Positions 13,801-27,100 of a stretch of DNA of 64,000 nucleotides are shown here, in pieces. The notes beneath the pieces are model-generated. The model made no database searches, was not told the origin of the DNA, and was given only the letters and a program-made list of their open reading frames with translations. Origin of the DNA: Balanoglossus misakiensis (lineage: Eukaryota; Animalia; Hemichordata); assembly GCA_040954595.2 (NCBI GenBank), contig CM082583.2:2923060-2987059 (forward strand). The letters run 5' to 3'. Each line of letters begins with the position of its first letter. The first letter of the stretch is position 1. Both the position numbers and the translations under genes were made by a program.

Positions 13801-16800
13801 ATCCAACTTGTGCAACATTACTCCAGTATAATGTCAAAAATATCTGACCTTTGACCTGAAGCCAACCAACATCCCATCCTTTGATGCCTTTTAAGGAGTT
13901 CTTGAGACCCTGTTTTGAAAAAAATCTTGTTGCAATATTAAAGAGATTAAAGGACAAAAAGTTCCATTCAACTTATCTGGCTATGAATGTCTTCACAATG
14001 AAAGTAGTATGAGGTCACCCGAGGTCACATGATCATCATAAAGGACAAACAAACATCATATCTGAACAAACAACCGTTATACCTTTAACCATATTTATAC
14101 CATTTTTTCAATAATTTTTCATAACTTAAACAGTCACTGGTAATTCATTTACAATTTCATATACATGTACTGTGTAATTCAATTTTGTATGACTCTCCAA
14201 AAGTGATCACTTTTCGACATATCTGAGGAAAATTTGAATATTTTCTGTTAAAACCACTGACAGGATTTGGGAGATGGCAATAGTTTTTCTTCTGTTCAAG
14301 GAACCTTGTAAAAGATAGCTCTGACTTACATATTTCTGAACAAGTGCAGTTCGTGCTGCTGGATCTAATTTGTATGAGGCCATGTCAGATACAGTCTCAC
14401 TTCCAGCAGTTCCTGATATAGTCAGCAGGAAAATGACAATACCAGCATCATCTTCTAATTCTGCATCAATGGTGTGAGTTTTCTCCTTGTCCAATGCATT
14501 CAAATCAACTGTACATCTATTAGATGGAAATTTTATTTCACGTTAGAAACATTGATCAATTTATACTTCCAATCCCCAGAACTTGTTCAAGTGGGTGAAT
14601 TAGGCAACTAGCATGGTCCTTACTTGATTTTAGAAAATTGACCAGGGTACAACAAGCTAGGACATTTTCATTGGATGACTCAGACAAGTGCAGTACGTAT
14701 CACACTCAGCAGGGAAAACAGACTGCAATATCAACACAGCTGAGTTGTAGATGAACTTTTGAGACAAACTTCAAATTGCTATGTTTTCCTGGGAGAGTTC
14801 ATGAGCCAATAACGTGATGTTTTATACCTGCCCATCAAGTCGTCCTTGGAACCAACATCATGATCAAATACTGAAACCTCCAAGACTGAACTTTGATCTT
14901 CAAACCAATACAAATCAAACTGTTCTCTCCATTTAGGATTTGTAGTTCTTGCCAGAGTCTGAAAATAGGAATTTAAAAAAATTAATGACAGCCAACAGAA
15001 GAAGACTACCTGTAGAAGTATTCCTGGACATGTTGAACACAACAGCATCCATCAGTAGCTACAGGCAATCGGTCAAAAGCAAACACAGATACAAACACAA
15101 TACTGCTGCAATATATGATACAAGTCTGGACAAATTGCATAGGCAATACATTATTCTAAATAATTATTCTCAAGTCACAATGGAGACAAGTTGGAGATAT
15201 TGCTAAAACCCAATCTGATTAAAATCAGATGTAGTGTACTGGACATTCGAGAACAAAACAGCTACAAATCAGAATAAAGGTCGAGCCAACCCCATACGTG
15301 ATTTTAATCAGATTGGCCAAAACCAACTTTTATGGGGGTCACAAAGGAACCATTAAGACGGTCCTGAAGCGTCTCAGATCAAATACTTGTGTAAATTATT
15401 ATGTGTGAACGGTTTAAGTGGTCCTGAAACATCTCAGATTTGAGACAGCTTTGCCGGTCAGACCTGAGCCAGTGTAAGTAAGGATTAACACCTCTCCGCA
15501 ACCCATTGTCTATGGGACCGAGTCTCAGCGCCTATACACAAACTTTGTGTGTGTGGACACAACGAGACTCAAAGGATTCATGCTCTGTGTTTACCATAGA
15601 CAAATAGTTTCTCAAATTTTACCCCTGTGTGAACCTGGTATTTTATTACATAGTGTGAAAACCCTACAGGCTTTTCCACCCACTACTTCTGTGATGACAA
15701 TCCCAGAGCATCTAATATGCACTCAGTGTGTCTGGCAAGTTTTTAATTGTTTGCTGTTTGAACAAGCATTCTTGCTGGAGATGAATTGGTGGATGGGGAA
15801 TGGAATCCCCATAAAAGCTGATTAAGTTAGCCTTGGTGGAATATCACAGCTGAGCACACCTATGGCATTCACACAGGGACCATTGAAAATAAAACATTTC
15901 TGAAACGTTTCAGCTCAAATACTGGCATAAATTATTATCTGTGAATCAGGTTTAAATGGTACTGGACTGTTTCAGATTTGAGACACTTTGCAAAAATGCA
16001 AAATAGTGCCTCTGAAATGTTTCTAATTTTACCCAGTGTGAACATGGTATATGTTAAATATCTGTTATAACCACAAAATAATTTTGTTTGATTCCTTAAA
16101 AGGGATACTATAATTGACCAAACGCAGTACAACATTTGAAAGTGAAAGTACTTCACTGTACTTGTGCAAATTACAGTAATTACAAGAAGACATAGTGACA
16201 ATAAAAGATCAATTAAATTGATTTTCACTGGACTTACCTTGCTCTTATATTTCTGATTTCCCAGACGGAACTTGACATAAGGATCACTGGTTCCGGCTTC
16301 ATCCATAGCAATCAGATTCTTTCCTTCCAGGAGGGTAATGGTGACAACTCCACTCCATGACTGGGTTTTCACTTTCTTTCCAGATGCTGACATTTGACCT
16401 TTTCTGGCAAGATACTGCAAGTCAAAGTCAAAACACAAAATTCACATGACTGTCGATCTAATTTATCGGTTTTTATATTTTTAGCAAAATATGAGAAAAA
16501 GTTTAAGGCTTTAATTTTACAAGGTGCATACTACCTTAAAACGAAAGTATCACTAAAGTTAAAAACCTGGTTCATCAGTGTTTTATCAATTTTACAGTCA
16601 CCATTCTACATTCTACAGAAAACCAAAATAAGACTTCGGCTATAGCCTATAGGGATTGTGGGAAGATATAGTTGCACAACAAATTGACAAAATAAGCACA
16701 AATAAATGTTGATTTTTCCATGAAAATCATGGTCTGAAGAGATATTCCCAGCCATTTTCACAATTAACCCTGATGACAATAATATTTTGAACAATTCACT

Positions 16801-19800
16801 GGTGGCATCCAGGTAATTCTTCACCGAAAAGGGTACCACTTACATGCTCACTTAGAAAGGGTACTTTATTTGGTTGTGACATTGTTTTACAGCAAACATC
16901 ATTGAAACATTCATCTGCAAGTTAATTCCCTTATTTCAACACTAGCGATTGCGGACTAGGAACGGAGGAAGTAATTGCGATAATATTTTAAATCTTGAAA
17001 ATTTTCAGCAGAGGGGACTAGACAAGACCCCGAATAATGGGCTTTTCAACAAAGTCTGAGTGCTGTAAGAGAAAATATTTGTTCCCTAACGATGTATTTT
17101 AATCCTAGCCCAAATTTAAGTAACCAACAACAAGAGTACAGACAGACTCAATATTAATTAAGCACAACATACACCATATTATAATAATATTTATAGGTTA
17201 TAAACACAACACTGGTTCGTTGTTTCATGAAAAAAAATTCTCTAGAAATTTGAACAAAATTTGCATCTATAGTTGTCAATATCAATAGTCTCCATATATT
17301 ATTATTACTAATACATGTATATCCATGTTTCTGTTAGTTTTCTTCTTCATTGTCATAGTAACTACAAATGAAATATGCTCATGCACAAGATAGTCTTTCT
17401 AACTTAGAAATTTGCACTTTACAGTCAGGTCAGTCAGTCTTGCATGGAAACACAGAAGTATGAGATTCAGAAATGAACTGCGTATAGAAAAGTAATAACA
17501 TGCATCAATTATTTGCGTATTATGGTGTCATCTCTGTATGTTTTTGTGCGGTTTGGTTACCAGGTCAGGTCACTTGACTATCCTAATCCTTTGGAGCTAA
17601 TACATTTGTATTGCAAATAATGACCTCATCCATAAAATCTGGCATTTCAAAGAAATAACAAATTTTTGGTCATAGATTGTCTTTTACTAAGTGACAATCA
17701 CTACTCACTCCCCAAATACAACAAATTTTACCTATTTTTTGCACCAGGTGTTTTGATTGAAATGCCAAATGTGGCCGTTAAAAGGCCTGAATTTCAGAGA
17801 CTGCACAACTATCATGAAATCACGAACACATCTTGCACGGCAGCTATAAGTGAGCAGGGCTATCTTTTTGTAATTATAACGACTGCTTGTATTATAGGTA
17901 GGAAAATGTAGTTATTCAAACGAATCATTTCCTACTCACATCCCATGCTTTAACAATGCCCTAGAGACTATCAGAGACTAGATAGATATCTGTCTTTTAT
18001 ATTATGTACATCAAATTCATGCACCACAGTTTAGTTGCATTTCTGGGCGCTCTCACAAATCTAAATGAAACAATTATTTTTATTATTTGATTCTCATTCC
18101 TCACGATCAATTTCAACCGGACATGACCATTGAATACATTTCACTGACTGAAATATTACCTTATTTTGTATCGTGTTATCAGACGTTTTCTTGTTAATTT
18201 TTGGTTCACCACCCAAGTAGAAATAGTGACCTGCGACATACAAACCTTACCAATACTGTTGGGGCCTTTTCAAGGTAACATTAATCATAGAAAATTTAAA
18301 AGGACATTTTTTTGATTATTTCTGTTGAAAAAGAGGCAAGGTTATCACCAGCTGTGAACGGGGATACAATAATGAACACATAACAGTTGTGTCGGCGTGA
18401 CAACCTGAACCGAGGACATTTTCCCATCATCATCAATCAGGGATATAAAAACAACCAGCTCAAAACTATAGCACCTGAAAAATTTCTAAATTGCTAAACA
18501 CAAGGTGTGTCTTTCTTTCACAGCTACTAATTTAAATACAATTAACTATTACACTATTAAGAGAAAAAGGGTATTGCTATTTTGCAGCAGACGTACGTAC
18601 ACACAAGCTGCTACACATAGTCGCTAATATGAAGATTAATGAAACAATACCAAAAACCTACTGACTGACTGCTGCATAACATTCATTAGTAAAAATTATT
18701 TTTCACCCGGACTAAATCATAAGATGATTGTGTAAGACAATTAGACTTACCATACAGAGAGGAGCTATAACATATGAAGCCATGCAAATGTCAGCTACAT
18801 CGTTGTCTACAGTTCAACACACACGATGCACTGTATTATTACGTATGCAGAAACTCATTAAATATTTATTTCTGTGTCAGCACACTGGCGGACATCAGAG
18901 TTGGTCAGAAAATTATCCACAAAAAGTGTGTGGCAAGTAAAATTGGACTTTTTTTACAAAGTTTTATCATTAACGAACCAAATTTTCTGATCTTTGTTTC
19001 ATTATGGATAAAAGACAGTGGTCAATTTAAATCTATATTTATACTGGTAGGTTAAAAAATCTGGTGCTTTTGTCAATTAAGGATACGACCTACGACCTAA
19101 GAAATTCACAACGAAATAAACGTTTCTCTTTAATTATCGAGCTCAGAATCTGCTAAAAGTATATATTTTCTGATATTTTCTGAATGCTTAGATATACAGG
19201 AAAATTTGTGTTACTTCAGTGTGAGAATACAACCATCATGTGACAAGCAATTTAAATAACCTTCCAAAACACAGTTTTCTCGATGTTTTATGTTAAAGCC
19301 TTGAGATGTCTGGCTCAAATTTGTGTGAATGCAAGCTGTTGTTGTAACTATCATACAAAGTGTGTCTTGGATTTTTTTTAACCCCTTTGACATGGGTTTC
19401 TGACATGAAAACTTTCGGGACCATGAATTTACCCTAGTCTATCGCCTTTAAGATTTTGCTATGAAAAAAACTAAGCAAGGTAAAAGAAATCCCAGAGACA
19501 CTTCTTTCGATCATTGTGATGCCAAAATGCTGGGGCAAATTTCAATAGCCTAGGATGAACACAGAAGTATACACTACAGGTGCAGCCAAAGACAGTGACC
19601 CTCTTCACACTCTGCTAATGAGAAAGGTGTACAACTTTTTTGACACTTGATCAGGGTAGAGGACAAAAAATTGACTCCAGAAAATGTTGACATTTGTGTA
19701 TCATGTTACCTGTTGATGCGACCGACCACGACATGCAGTCATTTATAAACAATCTGAGAAATTTGAAGCAAAAATGAAAAAAATCAATGATTTCTTAGGT

Positions 19801-21085
19801 CGCTTCTGAAGCCAAGGAGGAGTACTACCGGCCTACAACAAGAAGCATCATACAAAGCAGAAATTTGCAAATATTGCATATTACGGCATATACTAAGTTG
19901 CAAACAAAACCTTCCATCACACAAATGCAAGAACAGCTAGAGATGGCTGGAACCTATACATAGTTTTCAATTATTTTAGGAAACATCTCTTTATATTAGT
20001 GTAAGGAGGGAAAAACAAATAAATTATTTTGTTTTGTTTTGTTTTGTTTTATGAACACTTACAGATAACACTTACACATAATACTTTCCACATCCAAATT
20101 TGCATCTAAAAAAACAAAACTGAAACTTACCGCTTCTTTTTCTTCTTGTGTTTTGGGGATCAGTTTAAAATCAATCACAAGATGACCCAATTTTTCATGT
20201 TTTGTTCCTTCAGTTAATTTCAACTTCATGTTCTTCAGCCTAAAAAAGACAATATACAAAACACAGAATCACTGAATGCTCACCGTTTAAACAGAAGCAA
20301 AACAGAAATTTCAATATTTTTGAGTATTTTCACCAACTGTATCAAGAATATGACATGCAAAACAGAAACAGACACTACACCATAATTATAGTATTCATAT
20401 GTGACATGCATTGTTCCAGATCTTAAGGCGATACCGGAGGATTCAAAGCGTGCCTTGGTTGCTATCGCTGGCAATGTTCCAAATCATGAAAACTTTGCAT
20501 TTAATTCATTTTGGAAATTAACCTTACAAACCATTGCTTAGCAATTTAAATCCTTCAATATAGCCCTTAAAATGTGTATTTACCTCATTTTGCTAAATTT
20601 TACCAAGACTAGAGAGAGAGAAAGAAAGAAAGATAGAGAGAGAGAGAGATTGTATCTAAATATAATTTCAAATTATTTAGAAAATCATAAACAAATTTGC
20701 CTTTATAAAGTACCAAATTATCCCCTCATAGCAAAAAGGTATACCGGTACATGTATTTTCAAATCAATAATATTAATAATAATAACACATTATTACATAA
20801 TACATCTCAATGTGCTTTCACAATTATTATCCCAGGTCATTGAACCTAGTTTTTTCCATTCAAACAACAGCTCACAAGTGCAGCCGTTATATCAGCGCAG
20901 CAGAGCTAGTCAAACACATTGCAATCTCCGTCCTACCAGGTACCCATCACTCCTTGGTAGGGAGATAGCAATGACAAGTAAAGTGCCTTGCTCAAGGACA
21001 CAACACCAAAGCCAAACTACTGGACTATGATGCTCTCTCTATATTCTCATAATACAGTATGAGCAGAAATACTTTGGAGCTGCAT

Positions 21086-21118
<33 letters not shown>

Positions 21119-24100
21119 GAATGTTTTGTAATGTGCCTAATCTCTGATAATCAGAGCTCGAGGCATGATTTCCACAGATTTTTAGCAAATTCCACTCAAG
21201 TTGGTTTTGTCTCAGACTGACACTTAGTACAGGAACTTCATCTTAGTGAGAAACTTTGACTAAATACCTCTCTTGGCAAGTCAAATCTTGGTAAAGTCTA
21301 CCTGACTAATAGAATCTCACACTCCTAGGGACCTGGGATCATATTTCTCACACGAGTTGGGGATTTTCTGTCCCACACGAGCCGCAAGGTCCTTGGTGTG
21401 TGAGATTCTATTTCTCACACGATCACAAATTAGCCTATTTCGTAGTAAAACATTGAATAAATGACTCTGGAACTGTCGTCTGACAAGTTGTAGTCTCTGT
21501 CCGTATAATACACATCGCGCCATTGGATAACATTGAAGGCATATTGACCTTAACTTTGGTGAATGCAAATGAGGGCAATGCCAGCACTCCATAAAATAAA
21601 TTACACAAACTATTTTTTGGAACTTCATGATGAGAACACTATTTGAACCACATGTAGAAAGTAAAAAAAAACAAAAAAACATGCTATAACAACATCACTT
21701 GTGTCAGCTGTCTTGTAGTATGTTTAATATGCATATGCACAATTTGAACTGAAGAGGGCGCATTGAATGAAACACCAATACACAATGCAGTAGACTGAAC
21801 TTTGTACATTTGGACACAACAAACTCAAAGAATGAATTCTGAAGTGTATATTAACGGTATACGGTCACGGACACCTATGCAAATTTAACTACAGTTACCA
21901 TGGCAAATTGAGATAGTTAATCACAGATTTTCAGTGGGTGGCACACGCTAAAAAAAGAGCACCATCATATGTTCTATAGAACGCTCAAATACGCCATTTC
22001 AGCCATATATGGGCGTATGTAAATTGGAGGTGACAATCTGACCTTTAAGCACAACTATTGCTAGTGCCTCTGAAACAATTTGTCACTTTCCCTGGGTCTG
22101 AACACGTTGTCTTTTCTAAAACCTAAAAAAACTTCCCTCAGCACGGGCCAAATTAATCACCTCTCAAATTTTCAAGTTAACTTTATACACAGAGTACCGG
22201 TACAACAAAACAAATCTTTATATATATTATTGATGAAATATTTACAACTGGAATTAAATGCCAATTAAATTTTGCTTGTTGAGATATTCACCAATTAAAA
22301 AAGTATCAAATTATTGGTTATGAGTAAATTACATACAGTACAAGTGCATGTATAATTTATGAAAATGTACAGTTTGTAGCCTGGGACACCATCACTTTGA
22401 TGAGAAATATAGGTTTGGAAAAAACAAAATCCCTCACAGCCTGCCCTGGATCAATCAAGTAATGAATATCAACTCCAGTATAAAGGTCATAAGTCTTGCA
22501 TTATGAATTTTGTTCTGTCTAATTTGCGCATTAATGTTGTCAAGGGTGTGCATTTGCATATGTTTTTACTCATTACTGGCTGCTGGTTAGACATTCAGAG
22601 CAGTTGTGTTCAAAAATAAAGTGTACTGTCTCAAACAGTCCGTAGCAATTACCAGCAAAAAGATACGGGTGGCCCATCCATCTCAATCAGCTCAAAATGA
22701 CACACATTTGTATTAATATAGGATTATGCTAAAAATACTTGCAATGAATGTGCAACTTACTTATTAGCCGGTAGTTTGTTGAGATCCATACTTGCAGAAC
22801 CCATGGAGTCATCATTGGCAGCTCTATCGTAATCATAAACTTTGATAGACAAAGCATCATTGATGTTTTCCACTGGAATAGTGAAACTCTCATCCCATCG
22901 TGGATTCAAGTTCTTGTATATGATGCGACTCTTGTAGAGTTGTTTGTTACCGATCTTGAACTTCACATAAGGGTCACTTGTCCCTGCAAGACATACAGAC
23001 ATGCAATTTGATGTCAATCTGCAAGTTTGACAATAATTAAGACTCCAATCATTAAAGGTATACGATCACCTATGAAAATTAAGCTGCAGTTACCATGACA
23101 AATTGAGAAGTAGCCAATCACAGATTTTCAGTGGGTGGCACACGCGAAAAAAAGAGTGCCACATGTGTTCTTTAGAACACTCAGATACGCCATTTCAGCC
23201 ATATATGGACGTATGTAAATTGGAGGTGACCGTATACCTTTAACCTCATTTCCATAATTGACGGCGATTCACAAGAATCATGGTGCGGCTGGCAATTACA
23301 CAAACACAACAGGACAAGTCAGAGTCTAGTCATATGATTTTCCTTGCGCCAAAAATGGCAGTAACGTATACATGTATACACATAGACAAAATCAGAGGCT
23401 GTTTGCTTATTACAATATGGAAAGTCCTTTGCCATGTATGCAATTGTATGTGCTGGCCTGCAGAGAGCAGAAATTGGAATAAATACAAACCAAAGCCACA
23501 GTTTATTGTTTTACACATTACATTCAGCTATGCTCAGTCTGTGATTATGAATTTCCACCAACATTTACAGAAGTTTCTACTTGTGTGCAGAAAGTTGGCT
23601 GCATTCTGGACATCAGAATTGTTTGTCACTTTTTTTCATACATGCAGATTAGTAAAATCATGTTTGAGAGAATATGTCCACATTCAACGCCAATACTCCA
23701 CAGAAATCTCATTTTTAACAAACAGAAGTTCATTAGGCAAACTAATGTCAGGTCATATTGAAACAATGGAAGTGAAAAAAGTCAAATGTGAAGAAGAAAA
23801 AATTGAATTAGTTCATGTTCTAACTACAAAGACATATTGACCTCAAGAAGTCATGAAATACAGTTCTCATATCTGGCAAAAACTGCTATGTATACACTAC
23901 CTTCATAAGAATGCAGGTCATAGTCAAATGTAAAACCACTAGAATCCATGAGTGTCTCCAGATGCTTAATAAATGAAAAATTTTTATAACCACTAATATC
24001 CATATAAAAAATCTCTTCCTTGAAACATAGCATAAGTACATGTACATTAATACTGACTACTCCATTTTTGTAAAAAAAAATGTCATAATGAAATACTGAT

Positions 24101-27100
24101 CAAGCGCAGCAGATATGTTGGCACCACAGACATTGTACATTGTTATGCAATTAGGCCAAACAACCATACCAGTAGATTTATTAATCAGAAATCTTTAGCT
24201 GATGTACAATGTATAATGACTAATTTGATAGTTACGTGGCAGCTAGGCCATAAAGCGGCCACTCAGCAACTTACTTATAAATATGCAGTGAAGGTTCATA
24301 TTGAACACCTATTGCCTGGCCATGAGGGCCATAGCAGCCGTTTTTACCCCCTCGTGACTGTGAGTTACCAGAATCATACGGCCTCCGGAAATAGCATGTG
24401 ATTCTAGTAAGATCACAGCCCCTCGGGCGTAATAAACACCTGCTATGGCCCTCATGGCCAGGCAATAGGCGTCATTATAAGACACCTACATTTGTACTGC
24501 TGTAACCTAAGGAGTTCCGTAATACAATAATTGTCCGCATCAGAATACAATAAGTATGCAAATGAGGATGCAGATATGTCACAAAGTTGACACCACAGAC
24601 ATTGCACATTGTTAATGTTATGCATACCAGCAGATTTATTAATCAGAAATCTTTAGCTGATGTACAACATATAATGACTAATTTGATAGTTACGTGGCAC
24701 AAAGTGGCCACTCAGAAACTATATGGCAATGCAGTGAAGGTTCATACATAATATTATTATACACCTACTGCTAAGGAGTTCCGTAACACAATAATTCTCC
24801 TATCAGAATACAATAAGTACATGCAAATGAGGACGCGGAATCCAATAACACATTGGTTATTGGACTCGGGTTTCCATAGTTTGACCCTTGACCTCTGAGT
24901 TTTGCCCAATTCACATTTTTGGATATTTGGCTACTGACAAGTTCATTTGAACAAAACTCGCATCTACAGTCCAGCCTGCATTACTCTGTAATCTTCATAA
25001 ATTTATTTCACAAAGAACTTGTATCATTCCCTTTGCAGAACACCTGACGAAATTTTCAGATGAAATGTTGCGCTCAAATAAAGAAAACAGTGATAACCAG
25101 AACACAGTATGCAATGGGACCTAAAAAGTGGTCGTTATTAAAGGGAAGCGGTCGTCGCACCGTGTGGGTTTCCCCCTGGATGAGAATATGTCTTCCCATA
25201 CCAGCACAAACCTCAATGCAGTCGCCACGACCTACTAGAATCTAAGTTGCTGTCATGCCCAGTAATGTTTATAAACAAACAAACGCGGTGTGACAACTGC
25301 TTCACTTTAAACTAAGATGTTGGTGAACCAAGATGCAAAATAAGTCAAATCCTCAATGAAATTTCTGCTGAAGGAATCTGTGAACAAGTGCGTTCATTGC
25401 AGAAGATCCAGAACAAGCTCAGTGGAATAAAACGTCACGCGCAAACATCAGCAGCTCAGCATCACCTGATGCACGAGGTCAAGGTGCGTTCCAAATGCAA
25501 ATTACTTCATGGCAGTATCTCAAAACTAGCAAGTTCGATAGCGACAAATGTATCCTTTATCATTCTTTAAGGTTGTCCGTAAAAAGGTGTATAATACTAT
25601 TATTTAAATACATCCGCTATACGTTGTACTCGGACATGAATCCCAATATTTCGCGAATAACCTTGTAATATGCATGAGAATAGACATGTCCTCTTTGGTC
25701 GCAATTTTGCATTTATTGGTGCTGCCATGTTTTAGTTTAACCGTAAATGTCAGGCACAAGGTCAAAACAAATGAAAGGTGTTCTTTTTTACCTCGCCATA
25801 TATATAATTAGATATCATTGCCAATTACCCTATTAACTTTATTTTTTACCTTGACACTACAAAAGATGGCCTTCTCATTACCCTGCAAACATAGCATCAA
25901 GGACACTGGGGTCCCATTTGAGGATTACACAGAAATAGGTGTACACCAGAATAAAAATCGCACGTGACATGGGCAAACAGATATGACCTAACCATATATA
26001 AATATGGAAATGTAAAAAAAATTAACAAGGAACATAACCAATACACTGTCCTGTATCATGGCAGTCTTACGAACAGCGCTAGAAAATTATCTGTACAAAC
26101 GCACATGACAAGAATTCCAGTCGCCACATCTTCACTTTAGTTTGATAATGGGCTGCAGAGGAAACTAGCTTTCAAGTTTGATTATCCACGATCTTTCCTC
26201 AGTTTGCAATGAGCCAGTAATTTTTTTTCCATTCATTGTTAACAACAGCTGTTCATACCTCATGACAACAATGGTTAATAATCAAGGCACATAATGATCA
26301 TGACAAATGATACAAAGGGATTTAAAGCTCATTTTGGTCATTCACAACTATTGAGTTGCCATCAATCATTCACGACTGCATCACATCTGCACCCTCCAAC
26401 AACTCCTACAAGAAGCTGCAACACTATTTAGTGTTACACCTCACTGATAGCAACTGTCATAACGCCAACTGTCAGTGACTGTTGGAATTTATGAGAACTG
26501 CAATTCGAACAGCTGACATTAACTTCTTCAATCTGGCAGAACAACTTCATCTGCACCATTTATTCAAAACCACATTTTTGCATCAAAGACTTGAGAGATG
26601 CCACAAGACCATACAAAACTGAGCACCTTGTCTTCACTTTGCTGTGGTAAGTTTACTTGAAGCGGGGCCCATATTTATACATGTTAAGTACATGTATTTA
26701 GATAATAGACTTTTGGTCTGTGCACAGAACTCTTTATTGATTGGGAAACAAAAAGTGAACAATTTGAAGGCTCAGATGTGCACAACCTAGCTATGCCTCT
26801 TCGAGAAGTGTTCCGATAATAATTTTTTTCATGCGAGATAAACACAATTTATCCACAAGATATCGTGCAAAATTTGGCAAAAGCAGCATTTTCAATATTC
26901 ACCCTGTAGGTGCTACAATTGTTGCCCCTAAACGCTAAAACCTAGCGGCAACAGTTCTCGATCAACACAGCTGCAAACAGAAGACTTCTGGTACCGGTCG
27001 GGGTAGTATTAGAACGGACAGATAAGAATTAAGGCTTAGAGTTGCTGTGGCACACATGTGGCACAACCCAAAAGACCACAGGCAGTGTGCTCGTACTGTT

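Noticed and set aside
23280-23840. 186-aa plus-strand ORF in MCTP intron 3
   Set aside because: No recognisable motif or splice structure; composition typical of chance ORFs in AT-rich introns.
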